From an uncultured Myxococcales bacterium (GTDB lineage: Bacteria; Myxococcota; UBA4151): a stretch of 63,464 nucleotides of DNA. This document shows, piece by piece, positions 1 through 9,765 of the stretch (positions are counted from its first letter, which is position 1; each line of letters opens with the position of its first letter). Position numbers and translations under genes: made by a program. The DNA lies in NCBI GenBank assembly GCA_964013405.1, contig CAXGWI010000008.1:1-63464 (forward strand), read 5' to 3'. The notes beneath the pieces are model-generated. The model ran no database searches. It was not told the DNA's origin and worked only from the letters and a program-made list of their open reading frames with translations.

Positions 1-127
1 GGGCCGACACCTTCTCTTCGTCGATGTCTAGGCCAAGGACGCTGCAGCCCCCCCGAATGAAACTTAAGGCCAATGGCAAGCCTACATAGCCCATGCCAAC
101 GATCAGGACACGTTCGTCGTTTGCCAC
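1..127 (-). CDS. Nucleotide-sugar (UDP-glucose/GDP-mannose family) dehydrogenase, N-terminal part only; runs off the window edge
   Basis: Not in the ORF track. Manual minus-strand translation from GTG at 127 gives MANDERVLIVGMGYVGLPLALSFIRGGCSVLGLDIDEEKVSA: Rossmann GxGYVGLP motif plus the G.DID..KV signature. GAGGGGG RBS upstream. Confidence 0.85.
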   Translation of the reverse strand, partial: MANDERVLIVGMGYVGLPLALSFIRGGCSVLGLDIDEEKVSA

Positions 128-240
128 GGAATTTCCCCCTCACTCAGCGGAGGGGGCTTTTAGGGGAGAGCAGGGCCAAATTAAAGGACGAATCCTGGGA
201 TCTTGCTGAGCCGGCTCCGGACCTCCATGATCAGCCAACA

Positions 241-1440
241 ATGAAGCCTGCTTTTCTATCCCTCAGCTTGATCGGATTGGGTGCCCATTTCGGCGTCGCC
301 CTCATCCAATTGGGCTTCTTTGCAACGCTGGCTCTCATCGCCGTCAAAGCCCATCGAGAGCGCATGGATCGGTCCCTCCTGTGGCTGATTCTCGCCTTCG
401 GGCTGCTGGCTCTGGGCCACAGCCTCTTTGGGCGGCAGCCGGCGGCCGAAGCCGACTACCTGTTTCGCTGGCGTTATCTCCTGTTGCTGCCCTTCGTCCC
501 CGCCATGCTGGATGCGGACGAGTCGAAGCGCCTGCTGTCCGGTCTCCTCGTCTTGACCGGCCTGTCGGGTTTGTACGGAATCGCTCAGGTCCTAACCGAC
601 TCACCAGGCTGGCTAGGCTTCTTGCATCCAGAGGGTACGGTGAGACCCCTCTGGCGCTATGTCTGGAGCCCGGAACAGAACCAATGGGTCCGAGATGGTC
701 TTAAGGCCACTGGCACCATCCACAACATTGCAGCCTTCGCCCATGGAACCGTATTGATCCTCCTTTGGCCCCTGGCCAGTGGTCTACTCGACGCCAAGCG
801 GGTCCGCCCCTGGCAGGTCCTTGCGGCGCTCCTCGCCTTGGCCGGACTCACCCTCAGTGGTGCGCGGGCAGCTTGGCTGGGCCTTGGCGGGGGGCTCCTG
901 ATTCTCGTCTGTTGCCGTTGGCGCCCACTTTGGATTCGTAGCCTCAGCCTCGTTCTCGCTGCTTTCATCGGCACCATGGGCCTCGGCCTGGTTGCGTCGC
1001 CATCGCTGCAAAAGGCAGCTGGCTCATTGACCGGCCGGGCCCAGATCTGGTCCCACTGCCTTGAAACAACAGGGGATACCTTACCCAAGGGCCTGGGGTT
1101 TGGTGGTCACGCCCAGTACGCCGAGCAGGTCTATTCGCAGACGCCAGAACTTGCGGGAAAGGTCGAGACTTGGTGCCACCACTTGCCCTTGAGCTTGGCC
1201 GTAGAAGCCCCCCTCACCTTGATCCCGGCCCTCCTCCTGATGGTCTTTCTCATCCTGACCCTGACCCGCGACCCGCCCGGCCCTCTCCAAGGTTACGCCC
1301 TGGCCTGCGTGATCGCTTTTTGGGGGATCGCCCAACTCCACGACCCCCACTTCCAACGGGAGTTCTTCCCCCTTGCCATGCTTGTCATCGGCTGCGGTCT
1401 CAGGCCTAAGGAGGGCAGCGATGACACCGACGCCAGCTGA
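241..1440 (+). CDS. O-antigen ligase / Wzy_C-family polytopic membrane protein
   Basis: Many hydrophobic segments; motifs ATGTIHN, LTLSGARAAW, LTGRAQIW..C, GLGFGG, HH/H(N) region typical of WaaL/Wzy_C. Start trimmed to ATG 241; polysaccharide-gene neighbourhood. Confidence 0.7.
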   Translation: MKPAFLSLSLIGLGAHFGVALIQLGFFATLALIAVKAHRERMDRSLLWLILAFGLLALGHSLFGRQPAAEADYLFRWRYLLLLPFVPAMLDADESKRLLSGLLVLTGLSGLYGIAQVLTDSPGWLGFLHPEGTVRPLWRYVWSPEQNQWVRDGLKATGTIHNIAAFAHGTVLILLWPLASGLLDAKRVRPWQVLAALLALAGLTLSGARAAWLGLGGGLLILVCCRWRPLWIRSLSLVLAAFIGTMGLGLVASPSLQKAAGSLTGRAQIWSHCLETTGDTLPKGLGFGGHAQYAEQVYSQTPELAGKVETWCHHLPLSLAVEAPLTLIPALLLMVFLILTLTRDPPGPLQGYALACVIAFWGIAQLHDPHFQREFFPLAMLVIGCGLRPKEGSDDTDAS

Positions 1441-2131
1441 ACTCTATCGAGCGCTGCACCGGGGCAGTCCTGGTGATCTGAGCTTCTATCGCCAGGCCTG
1501 TGAGGGGGCGGAACACATCCTTGAGTTGGGTTGTGGCTACGGCCGCCTGGTCCAGGCCTTGGCCCAACCCGGCCGCCAAATCATCGGCTTAGATCAGGAC
1601 GAAGACCTGCTCAAGCTGGCTGCCCGAACCGAAAGCAACCAGGCCGAGCTGCGATGGGTCTGTGGCGACATGTGTGCGTTGGACTTGGAGGAACGCTTCG
1701 ACCGGATCCTGCTGGCTTTCAACACCTTCTACTGTGTCCCTCAGGAGCAGAAGCGCCCGTTACTTGAGTCGATCTATCGCCATCTTCGCCCCGGCGGGCA
1801 CTTCATCATGGACGCCTATTCGGTCTCCCAGAGCGAATTCTCGGGCATCGAGCAATTCTGTCCCCCTGAACCCATCGTGACCCTGAGCCTAGAAGCGGGG
1901 GTCATCGATGTCTTCGAGGACAGCCAAGAAGACTACGACCGGAAGACGATCCAGGTGACCTATGGCTTCTACGCAGGCCAACTGAAGGTGGGTAGCCAGT
2001 CCATTCAGCATGCCTACTGGTACGATCACGAGTTCCAGCCCGCATTAAAGGACTGTGGCTTTGAATCGGTGGCCCAAACCCTTGGCTTTGGCGCCGAACT
2101 CACTCAGGTCGTCATCACCGCCCGGCGGTGA
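1421..2131 (+). CDS. Class I SAM-dependent methyltransferase
   Basis: ILELGCGYGR (motif I), IGLD, GDM, HLRPGGHFIMD. AAGGAGG RBS before ATG 1421. Confidence 0.85.
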   Translation: MTPTPAELYRALHRGSPGDLSFYRQACEGAEHILELGCGYGRLVQALAQPGRQIIGLDQDEDLLKLAARTESNQAELRWVCGDMCALDLEERFDRILLAFNTFYCVPQEQKRPLLESIYRHLRPGGHFIMDAYSVSQSEFSGIEQFCPPEPIVTLSLEAGVIDVFEDSQEDYDRKTIQVTYGFYAGQLKVGSQSIQHAYWYDHEFQPALKDCGFESVAQTLGFGAELTQVVITARR

Positions 2132-3399
2132 AGAGCTAAGATCACCAGATGGCTCACGGTGAGGAGTGCCTCACTCACCGCCGACATCGCGCCGGCACAC
2201 AGGCCCGCATCCTCCGGGTGATAAATGATACCGTAAGCGTTTCCCGCAACGTTCAAGCCGAGGGAGATCAAGGCACCAATCAGTCCCCAGACCTCACGCC
2301 GGCAGGCGAAAACCGCCGTCCCGAGGGCAAAGTTGAGAAAGGTAAACGGCACGGTGAAGGCCAGAGCTTGTAAGTACGGCGCCCCCGGGGAGAATGCTGC
2401 ACCGGCTAAGAGGGAGAGCAGCGGTTGGGCGAAAACGAACAGGAAGAGGCCACCGAAGACCCCCAGGCCAAAGAGCCAAAAGGCTGCTTTTTTGAGCAGA
2501 TCGAAAGGGATCGATCCGTCTTCCGCTCGCCGGCGCACGAGGGCTGGAAAGAGGGCTGCAGCCACCGATGCAGCGACAAAATGCCCCGATTCCATCAACC
2601 GATATCCAGCCCCGTATAGACCGGCCATTTCATCACCGCCCTGGGGTAGTAACTCCCGGAGCATCACCACATCGATGCGGAAGACCATCGTGCCCAGAAT
2701 CCCTGCGGCAGCGAAGGGCCAGGCTTCGATCAGGGCTGCGCGGAGGTCCGCCTTGCTCGGCTTGGCCGGCATGAGGCTCAAGCCCAAGCCCCCCATCCAC
2801 CGAGCGGTCACGATGAGCCCCAGCACCTCCCCCAACAGGAAGGCGAGGAAGGCCACATGAAGGGCTTGCTCTTGGGGCACGATCCAGACACCCACACCAC
2901 CCACGACGGCAAATACGAATCGAGCGGCGGTCCGCGCCCATGCCTCACCCCGAGCGTCTTCCAGGCCTCGCAGCCCGGAAGCACCCAGTTGGCTGGTGCC
3001 CTGCATCAAGATGGCTACAAACATGAGACCGTGCAGGACCACGGGAAAATCGGGCGGGGCAATCGTGAGCCAGCCGGCGACGCCGAGACCAACGATCAGA
3101 CTGCCCAAATGCTTCGCCCACACGGCCGCTTGAGCCTGGCCTAGATCACCAGCGGCCACATGACGGGTGTAAATGATGGGCAAACCGAGCGTCGCCGCGA
3201 AGCCCAAAATCTCCATGAGCGAGAAGGAATAGATGAAGAGGCCGAAGCCTTCTTGCCCCAAGCGCCGCGTCAGAGATGCATAGATGCCCAGGTTGAGGAC
3301 TTTAGCCAGGAGTTGGGCAATTCCCAGCCAACTGGCGTTCGCCCGAATGCTCAGACGGTCTTGGCTCAATGGACGGGCAGCATCGGGCCTGGAATCCAT
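2104..3399 (-). CDS. Polysaccharide/oligosaccharide flippase (Wzx/MOP family)
   Basis: TRRLGQEGFGLF, LGLP..YTR, RIDVVML, AGLYGAGYRL and ALFPAL motifs; about 12 TM segments. Start trimmed to ATG 3399. Confidence 0.85.
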   Translation of the reverse strand: MDSRPDAARPLSQDRLSIRANASWLGIAQLLAKVLNLGIYASLTRRLGQEGFGLFIYSFSLMEILGFAATLGLPIIYTRHVAAGDLGQAQAAVWAKHLGSLIVGLGVAGWLTIAPPDFPVVLHGLMFVAILMQGTSQLGASGLRGLEDARGEAWARTAARFVFAVVGGVGVWIVPQEQALHVAFLAFLLGEVLGLIVTARWMGGLGLSLMPAKPSKADLRAALIEAWPFAAAGILGTMVFRIDVVMLRELLPQGGDEMAGLYGAGYRLMESGHFVAASVAAALFPALVRRRAEDGSIPFDLLKKAAFWLFGLGVFGGLFLFVFAQPLLSLLAGAAFSPGAPYLQALAFTVPFTFLNFALGTAVFACRREVWGLIGALISLGLNVAGNAYGIIYHPEDAGLCAGAMSAVSEALLTVSHLVILALHRRAVMTT

Positions 3400-5852
3400 T
3401 CCTGGAGATCCGAACCGCCGCCTAGGTTCCCCTGCCCCGAATAGCCCCAACAGAAGACCTGTCCGTCATCAGCTAAGGCACAAGAGCCGTAACGCGTCAG
3501 CGCCAAGTCCTTCACAGGCGGCAGGTTCACGACAGGCACACTGGCTCGACGGTTGCGACTGAAGCCATCACCTAACTGACCGTAAACCCCCCAGCCGACA
3601 CAGCGGGCAACGCCCGGTCCAGCACCTGGATTCGTTCGATTGATGAGACAGGAGTGGTAGAGCCCCAAGCTGAAATCCACCAGGTTACTAAAGGCACCTA
3701 CAGGCGTCGGCTGCAGCCTTCGGTCCGTCGTCATATCGCCCAACTGCCCTTCCGAGTTACGTCCCCAACAGTTCAAGGATTGATCCATGAGTTCGGCACA
3801 GACATGCTCCCCACCCGTGACCACTCGGCGCACCGCGGGTTGAATACCTTGGGCATGGAATTGGACGACCTCGGGCTCCCAGACCCCCTGCGTCGCCCCT
3901 GAGCCCCGGGATCCGATACCCACTTGTCCCTGTCTGTTATCCCCCCAGCAATAAAGTTGCCCTGCCCCGGTGACCGCGCAGACGGTGCGGCTCCACATCG
4001 ACACCTGAGTCACACCGGTCAGCCCAACCACCGGAGAGGGTGTCGATCGAGTCTGGGCGCCTTCGACCTGGCCGGTTTGGCCGTAGTTGTCGGACCCCCA
4101 GCAGTAGAGAAGTTGGTCCTGACCCACAGCGCAGGTCGTATCCTGACCTGCGGCGACCTGACTCGCTGCCGGCATCGCTGCCACCCGTGTTGGGCTTGGC
4201 ACCTTTTCATCAGCGATGCCTAGACCGAGTTGTCGCTGTTGGTTGTCCCCCCAACAGTAGACCTCGCCGTTCTGCAGGCGAGCGCAGCTGTGACGACCAC
4301 CCGCCGCCACCTCTTCAACAGCCGTGAGCGTTCCGGCTCGCTTGGGGGTGAAAGCGACAGAGACCGTGCCATCACCGATCTGTCCGTCCGGATTAATTCC
4401 CCAACAGTAGACTTTACGATCCGTCCCCACCCCACAGGAATGCCGATTTCCCCCACTGAGACTTAGAAAGCGACGACCGGTTTCCATGGGGTTCGCCTCG
4501 GGAATGATCCCACCGGCTTGGGCGCGCCCCAAAGCGCCGAACGGGTTCATGCCCCAACAAAAGACCCGACCATCAAGGCCCAGGCTGCAGACCGTAAATC
4601 GGCCCATAAACAAGCGAACAGACTGATGCGCTCCCTCGTCAACGGCCGGGTCGTGGGGGGTACGAACCTTGCGCCCCGTTGGCTCACCCACCTGCCCGAA
4701 GTCGTTCCAGCCCCAACACCGAAGCCCCAGTTCGGGGCCGATGGCACAGGTCTGGTGATAGTTGGCGATGATCTGAGTCACTCCGCTCAAGCCTTGGACG
4801 ACCTGGGGTTGACGGCTGTTTGGCCCCCGGCCGACCCCGAGTTGCCCAGCCCAATTGACCCCCCAACAACTGACGACACCTTCACCGTGTAGCGCACAGG
4901 TGTGATCATCACCCACAGCCACTTGGGTGACGTTGTCGACAAACTCGACCTGGAAGGGCACCGTCGAACGGGCCCGACTATCCCCTGTGCCGATTTCGCC
5001 GCCGGTCCCATTCCTGCCCCAACACCAGAGTTGCTGTTCCCCATCGATGCCACAGACGTGCTGAGTCCCCACGACGATCTCGGTGAATGGGTCGAGGTTA
5101 GGACTGGGGATGAAGACCAGTTCTCTCGCCTCTCGGGTATCCGCACCGCACTGGCCATCGTTGTTGTTGCCAGCACACCAGGTGCTGCCATCGGCCTTAC
5201 GAGCGATCGTCGTGTTCCCACCGGCCCAGACGTCGGCGATTTCCCCTTCCATACCCGCTGGAATTGTGGGCTCGGTGCGATTGTCTCGCGCCCCCCCACC
5301 CAATTGCCCAGCCCAACTGCTCCCCCAGCATTTGAGCGTCCCGCTCTCTTCGAGGGCGCAGGTGTGGGTTCCGCCAGTCCCTACAACCTTGGTGACTGGC
5401 CCCAGATTTCGGACCCGAGCGAAACCATACTCCCAAGGGGTTGGGTCGCCCCGTCGACCTAATTGCCCAGAGGTATTTTGGCCAACGCATCGGACCCTGC
5501 GATCCGCCCCAAGGACACAACTGTGATAACTTCCGACCGCCATCCCCAGAACCGGGCGACGGCAGGCCGTTGTACAGCCGTCGGTCTCATCGTCGTTGCC
5601 ATCGTCACATTCTTCGTAGCGCTCGTGGATCGGCAAGCGATTGCCCTGATGGATGCCGTCGCCACAGCGCCCGGCGCCCCCATCCGGAGGCTCGGGGCCC
5701 CAATCCCGCAATCCGGCGGCGCCGGCATCCTCGACGGGGCTGATGACGAGGCCTGGATCGGGCACTGGCCCCGCATCATCACCGTGGCCCGGTAGCCCAG
5801 TGAAGCTACAGGCATTCAACACGATAAAGAAGAGGCTCAGCAGGCGGTACAT
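3366..5852 (-). CDS. Lipoprotein with one Myxococcus Cys-rich repeat and a long RCC1/BLIP-II repeat array (about two beta-propellers)
   Basis: Lipobox-like MYRLLSLFFIVLNAC; CGDG...EECDDGNDDETDGCTTAC; many G..H(T/S)CA...G.V.CWG.N..GQLG repeats. Confidence 0.8.
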   Translation of the reverse strand: MYRLLSLFFIVLNACSFTGLPGHGDDAGPVPDPGLVISPVEDAGAAGLRDWGPEPPDGGAGRCGDGIHQGNRLPIHERYEECDDGNDDETDGCTTACRRPVLGMAVGSYHSCVLGADRRVRCVGQNTSGQLGRRGDPTPWEYGFARVRNLGPVTKVVGTGGTHTCALEESGTLKCWGSSWAGQLGGGARDNRTEPTIPAGMEGEIADVWAGGNTTIARKADGSTWCAGNNNDGQCGADTREARELVFIPSPNLDPFTEIVVGTQHVCGIDGEQQLWCWGRNGTGGEIGTGDSRARSTVPFQVEFVDNVTQVAVGDDHTCALHGEGVVSCWGVNWAGQLGVGRGPNSRQPQVVQGLSGVTQIIANYHQTCAIGPELGLRCWGWNDFGQVGEPTGRKVRTPHDPAVDEGAHQSVRLFMGRFTVCSLGLDGRVFCWGMNPFGALGRAQAGGIIPEANPMETGRRFLSLSGGNRHSCGVGTDRKVYCWGINPDGQIGDGTVSVAFTPKRAGTLTAVEEVAAGGRHSCARLQNGEVYCWGDNQQRQLGLGIADEKVPSPTRVAAMPAASQVAAGQDTTCAVGQDQLLYCWGSDNYGQTGQVEGAQTRSTPSPVVGLTGVTQVSMWSRTVCAVTGAGQLYCWGDNRQGQVGIGSRGSGATQGVWEPEVVQFHAQGIQPAVRRVVTGGEHVCAELMDQSLNCWGRNSEGQLGDMTTDRRLQPTPVGAFSNLVDFSLGLYHSCLINRTNPGAGPGVARCVGWGVYGQLGDGFSRNRRASVPVVNLPPVKDLALTRYGSCALADDGQVFCWGYSGQGNLGGGSDLQEWIPGPMLPVH

Positions 5853-5931
5853 TGGGTTTTCCCATGGCTTCCTTACTGCATCCTTGGGACCCGTGCCAAC
5901 GTCCTGCCTGAGCTCTTGTCGATGCGGCCGG

Positions 5932-5960
5932 TTGCCCTTCTCGGGAGCAGGGCCTAGTCT
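5932..5960 (+). promoter_or_regulatory. Putative sigma70-type promoter, probably giving a leaderless transcript
   Basis: TTGCCC-N17-TAGTCT, then 7 nt to ATG 5968, with no SD in between. Confidence 0.4.
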
Positions 5961-5967
5961 CCCAACC

Positions 5968-7377
5968 ATGAGATCATCGAATCCTGCAGAGATCCTCCTC
6001 CTCGATGCCGACAATCGAAGGCGCCTCGAATTGTTCGAGCGGCTCCAGGCCGCCGGTTTCACGGTCCTGCAGGCGGCAAACGCGCAAGATGCGGCCGATC
6101 TCCTTGCCCACACTGGTCCCGAGGCGACGGTGGTTGAGGCCGATCAACTCACCAGTTTCCTCGAGACCTGTTTGCATGTCGAAACACCGCCCCCACTCTA
6201 CCTGATTGGCCTGCCCCCGCTCGGTACGAAGATTCCCCACCTTGGAGCGGTCATCCCCGAGGGCCGACTCGACCTCTTGGACAGCCTCTTGTTTGGCCTG
6301 AGGCAGCGCATCATGCTGCGCGCCCAACGGGAAGATCTGGAGCGGGGCTTGGTGGAGTTAGCGCACCTCGCCATCGATCTGGGGCGTAGCGCTCGCAGCA
6401 TTCCCGACGATGCGCTCCTGGGACAGTCACTCAGAGAAGTCGTCGAGATGGCTCAAGCGCGATTCACCACCCAAAAAGTACAGGTCTCGGGGCTCCTCTT
6501 CGCCCGCCAGCCTGGCACGCCTCTAACACTACGAGCCAGCATCGGTGTTGATGACGAGTCCAAAGCATCCGCCCGCTATCTTAGCCTTGCCAGTGATTCC
6601 ATCCGGCAGGATGAGATCGTCAAAGACACCGGTGGTGCCATTGCGGTCCCCCTTCCCACCCTTCAGTTCCAAAATGGGGCCATTGTGCTGTTGGGCATTG
6701 AGGCGGCCGATCTAAGCAGCTTTCAACGCTTGCTGGTCACCGCCGCGGCCGAAGTCAGTTTAGCCCGCGATGCAAACACGCTCTATCATTTGGCGATGAT
6801 CGATGGGCTCACAACCATTTACAATCACGGTTACGGACAGTCTCGCCTGATCAAGGAGCTCAGACGAGTCTCCCGTAGCCGACTGGCGATCACCTTGGCG
6901 ATTATCGACCTCGATCATTTCAAAGAGATCAACGACCGCCACGGCCACATCGCTGGCGACCATTGTCTACGGTCCACGGCCAAGGCGCTAGGAAGCGCCA
7001 TGCGAAGCACCGATATTTTGTACCGAAGTGGTGGTGAAGAGTTTGTGGTTGTCCTGCCGGGCTCCGGGCCTCAGCAGACCGAATTGATCGGCTCAAAACT
7101 CTGCGACACGCTGCGGCAGTTGCAGGTGGAGTGGAACGAGATGCCCATCCCGATCACGGCGAGCGTCGGCTTGGCGAGTCTGCCGGCCCAGGCACTGGCG
7201 GACCGCTACACGGCGGGGACCGGCTGGACGGACCTCGCCCATCGGATGCTCGAATTGGCCGATCAAGCCATGTATCAGGCGAAAGCGCGAGGACGAGACT
7301 GTTTCGAGCGCGCCGGCCACGTGGGTGATGTCAGCAATCACCCGTCGGTGGCTAAACTCTTACAATCGATGTCCTAA
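5968..7377 (+). CDS. Diguanylate cyclase (GGDEF) with degenerate N-terminal receiver domain
   Basis: DGLTTIYN, IIDLDHFKEINDRHGHIAGD, RSTD I-site, RSGGEEF active site, ADQAMYQAKARGRD. N-terminus is REC-like (ILLLDAD...GFTVLQAAN...PEATVVE). Confidence 0.9.
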   Translation: MRSSNPAEILLLDADNRRRLELFERLQAAGFTVLQAANAQDAADLLAHTGPEATVVEADQLTSFLETCLHVETPPPLYLIGLPPLGTKIPHLGAVIPEGRLDLLDSLLFGLRQRIMLRAQREDLERGLVELAHLAIDLGRSARSIPDDALLGQSLREVVEMAQARFTTQKVQVSGLLFARQPGTPLTLRASIGVDDESKASARYLSLASDSIRQDEIVKDTGGAIAVPLPTLQFQNGAIVLLGIEAADLSSFQRLLVTAAAEVSLARDANTLYHLAMIDGLTTIYNHGYGQSRLIKELRRVSRSRLAITLAIIDLDHFKEINDRHGHIAGDHCLRSTAKALGSAMRSTDILYRSGGEEFVVVLPGSGPQQTELIGSKLCDTLRQLQVEWNEMPIPITASVGLASLPAQALADRYTAGTGWTDLAHRMLELADQAMYQAKARGRDCFERAGHVGDVSNHPSVAKLLQSMS

Positions 7378-7450
7378 GGGACGAGCGACCATGACCAGGG
7401 ACTTTCCCCTCTCTCCGTCCTCGCCTATCCTGCCACCGTCAGGAGCGAAG

Positions 7451-8725
7451 ATGCGCCACCTTCTCATCGCAGTATTTACCTTGTGGGGCCTACAGGCCCA
7501 GGCTGCTGGAACACTGGTATGGGTGGATTCGTCCGAAGCGAAAACCACCGCGTTAGCCGAAGAACTCCAGGCCTTGGCCGGTCCGATGAGCTTGTTTCAA
7601 CTGGCCGGTGGAAAGGCCAGCAGCAACCAAACTGCGCAACTCGCCATCGGTGCCGCGGAGGAAGCCTGGCGGCAAGTTCGCCCTGATCTGATGGCCTCCG
7701 CATTACAGCAGGCTCGGGCTGCCCTTCGCAATGACCCGGCCCCCGGCGACGCCGCCCGCATGCGCCGCTTACTGTGCTTGGAGGCGGCCTACGAAGTCGG
7801 CGAGTTTCGAGCTGAGAAAGCACGGGCCCTCTTAAAGCAAGCCCTTGGATTAGGGCTCAAATCACTGCCGACGGATTTAAGCCATACACTCAGTCCCTTG
7901 GTCGACGAGCTACGAGCCCAAACGATCGCCAGCGTCGAACTCAACTTTCGCGTGCCACCGGGCGCTCGGGTTTTCGTCGACGACCAACCCCATGACCAGA
8001 GCGGTCCTGTCCAGGTCGCTGAAGGGCTCCATTTGGTCGGCAGCAGTCTGCAGGGGCATCGCCCCTCCTACCGCTGGATCGAGGCCAGTGGCCTGGGCAG
8101 CCACATCGACCTTCTCCCCACAGCAGCTCCGGAACTGGCGACCCTCAAAGTCACGCTCACGGCAGCAGCCCGTGGCGATGCGCTCCAAGCAGATGCCCTG
8201 CGCCGAAAGTTAGGATTGCAGGCCCTCGTCCTGTGCAGCCTACGGATGCTGGGGGGGCGCTACGATGGACGCTGTATGCGCCATGCCGATGATGGCTCGA
8301 AACGGGAATCTGTGGTGTCGTTTCATGAGGAAGAGCCTCTGTCCGGTCCCGCTCAACGCCTTTGGCAAGGCCTTCAGGCGGCTCCGACCGTCACCGTCGG
8401 ATCGGTGGAGCCCACCGAGCGAATCGATCCGGGGCGTCGACACGCCCTGGCTGGGGGGAGCCTGCTCACCCTTGGAATCATCGGTCTGGGCACGGGGGGC
8501 TACTACGGCCTGCGTGCAGCAGACGCTCACGAAGCCTACCTGGCAACACCGCAGACCGATACCGAGGAACTCGAGCGGCTCCGGGTCAACGGAAAGTCAG
8601 CCGCGCTGGGTGCTGATGTGGCCGTGAGCGTCGGCGCGATCTTTACAGCCATTGGGTCAGGCCTGTTGTACCAGGCCCGTCAGAAGCGTCGCGGGGTGGC
8701 GGCTTTCGTTGGAGCCCAACCATGA
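7451..8725 (+). CDS. Secreted/membrane protein with PEGA-like domain and C-terminal hydrophobic helices
   Basis: Signal peptide; VPPGARVFVDD...GLHLVG..LQGHRP PEGA-like segment; two C-terminal hydrophobic stretches; AGGAG RBS. Confidence 0.55.
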   Translation: MRHLLIAVFTLWGLQAQAAGTLVWVDSSEAKTTALAEELQALAGPMSLFQLAGGKASSNQTAQLAIGAAEEAWRQVRPDLMASALQQARAALRNDPAPGDAARMRRLLCLEAAYEVGEFRAEKARALLKQALGLGLKSLPTDLSHTLSPLVDELRAQTIASVELNFRVPPGARVFVDDQPHDQSGPVQVAEGLHLVGSSLQGHRPSYRWIEASGLGSHIDLLPTAAPELATLKVTLTAAARGDALQADALRRKLGLQALVLCSLRMLGGRYDGRCMRHADDGSKRESVVSFHEEEPLSGPAQRLWQGLQAAPTVTVGSVEPTERIDPGRRHALAGGSLLTLGIIGLGTGGYYGLRAADAHEAYLATPQTDTEELERLRVNGKSAALGADVAVSVGAIFTAIGSGLLYQARQKRRGVAAFVGAQP

Positions 8726-9765
8726 GACTTCTTTGCCTTGTCCTCAGCCTGTCCATGGCCTGCACCGGTCTCTACGACTTCGACTCGGTGGAAAATCTGC
8801 CCTGCAATGCCGCCAACAACTGTGCGGCCGGTTATACCTGCCTCACCGATGCAGAGGGGGCTCGCTGTGTCCCCGACGCCATCCGCGGCGACGGCGAGAG
8901 TTGCAGCCGAACCAGTCAGTGCACGGCCGGTTTGATCTGTGATGACAAAGACTGCCCCGCAGACCAAATGAACTGCCCAAGCCGGCTCTGCCGCCAGCCC
9001 TGTAATCCGGCCGACCCCACCAGTTGTGCGGCGGACAATCAACTGTGCTGGACGGCCAATACACTCGATCCAGCCCATGCTGGGGGTAAGGGGTTTTGCG
9101 AGGAAGGCGATTGCGTCGACGATGCCTCCTGCGAGGGCGATGCGCTCTGTCTTCGGATTGGCGCTGTGACCACGGGTCTGTGTACCCCACGATGTGACCC
9201 CATCGATGTGGACGCCTGTGGTGCCGGCCAAAGCTGTCGGCCCCATGGCTCTGATCCGCGGCAAACCGCCTGTGCGCCGGAAGGTCGGGCCCAAGCGGGG
9301 GAAGCCTGTGGGCAAGAGGCCTGTGTGAAAGGCATGATCTGTATTCAAGATCTGCAAAACGTCGAGCGCTGTGCCCAGGTCTGTGATCCGCAGCAGCTGC
9401 GGGGGGTCGGTTGCGAAGGCCCCAATCCCACCTGCTTTGGCATCGAGGGTACCACCTATGGAGTGTGCATCGGCATCTGCGAGGGCTGGAACCCGGATCA
9501 GTGCGGTCTTGGCTTTAGCTGTCAGCCTCTCGATGCGGAATGGCTCCAAGGCTATTGTGGTGAAGCTGGCTCCAGCGGGCGGGGCGAAGCCTGCCCAGGG
9601 GGGCACGTCCACTGTGAGCCGGGCCTTCTCTGCTCCCCCCGTTCAGCAACCTGTCAGCCGGTCTGCCAGGTGACCCAGGCGGGCGAGACGTGCCGGGCCT
9701 TCGGTGCCAACCTGAACTGCATTCAGGCGGCCGCCGGTCGCAGCCTCTTTGGAGTGTGCGAGTGA
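8722..9765 (+). CDS. Cysteine-rich lipoprotein (disulfide-rich repeats)
   Basis: Lipobox LSMAC; 44 Cys counted in 347 aa; recurring C..G..C and GEAC units; ATGA overlap with the upstream gene. Confidence 0.75.
   Translation: MRLLCLVLSLSMACTGLYDFDSVENLPCNAANNCAAGYTCLTDAEGARCVPDAIRGDGESCSRTSQCTAGLICDDKDCPADQMNCPSRLCRQPCNPADPTSCAADNQLCWTANTLDPAHAGGKGFCEEGDCVDDASCEGDALCLRIGAVTTGLCTPRCDPIDVDACGAGQSCRPHGSDPRQTACAPEGRAQAGEACGQEACVKGMICIQDLQNVERCAQVCDPQQLRGVGCEGPNPTCFGIEGTTYGVCIGICEGWNPDQCGLGFSCQPLDAEWLQGYCGEAGSSGRGEACPGGHVHCEPGLLCSPRSATCQPVCQVTQAGETCRAFGANLNCIQAAAGRSLFGVCE

Noticed and set aside
8680..9612. 310-aa antisense ORF (likewise 13617..14594, 41579..42364, 57270..58079, 60975..61868)
   Set aside because: Shadow ORFs opposite well-supported genes, as expected from high-GC codon bias; no motifs.
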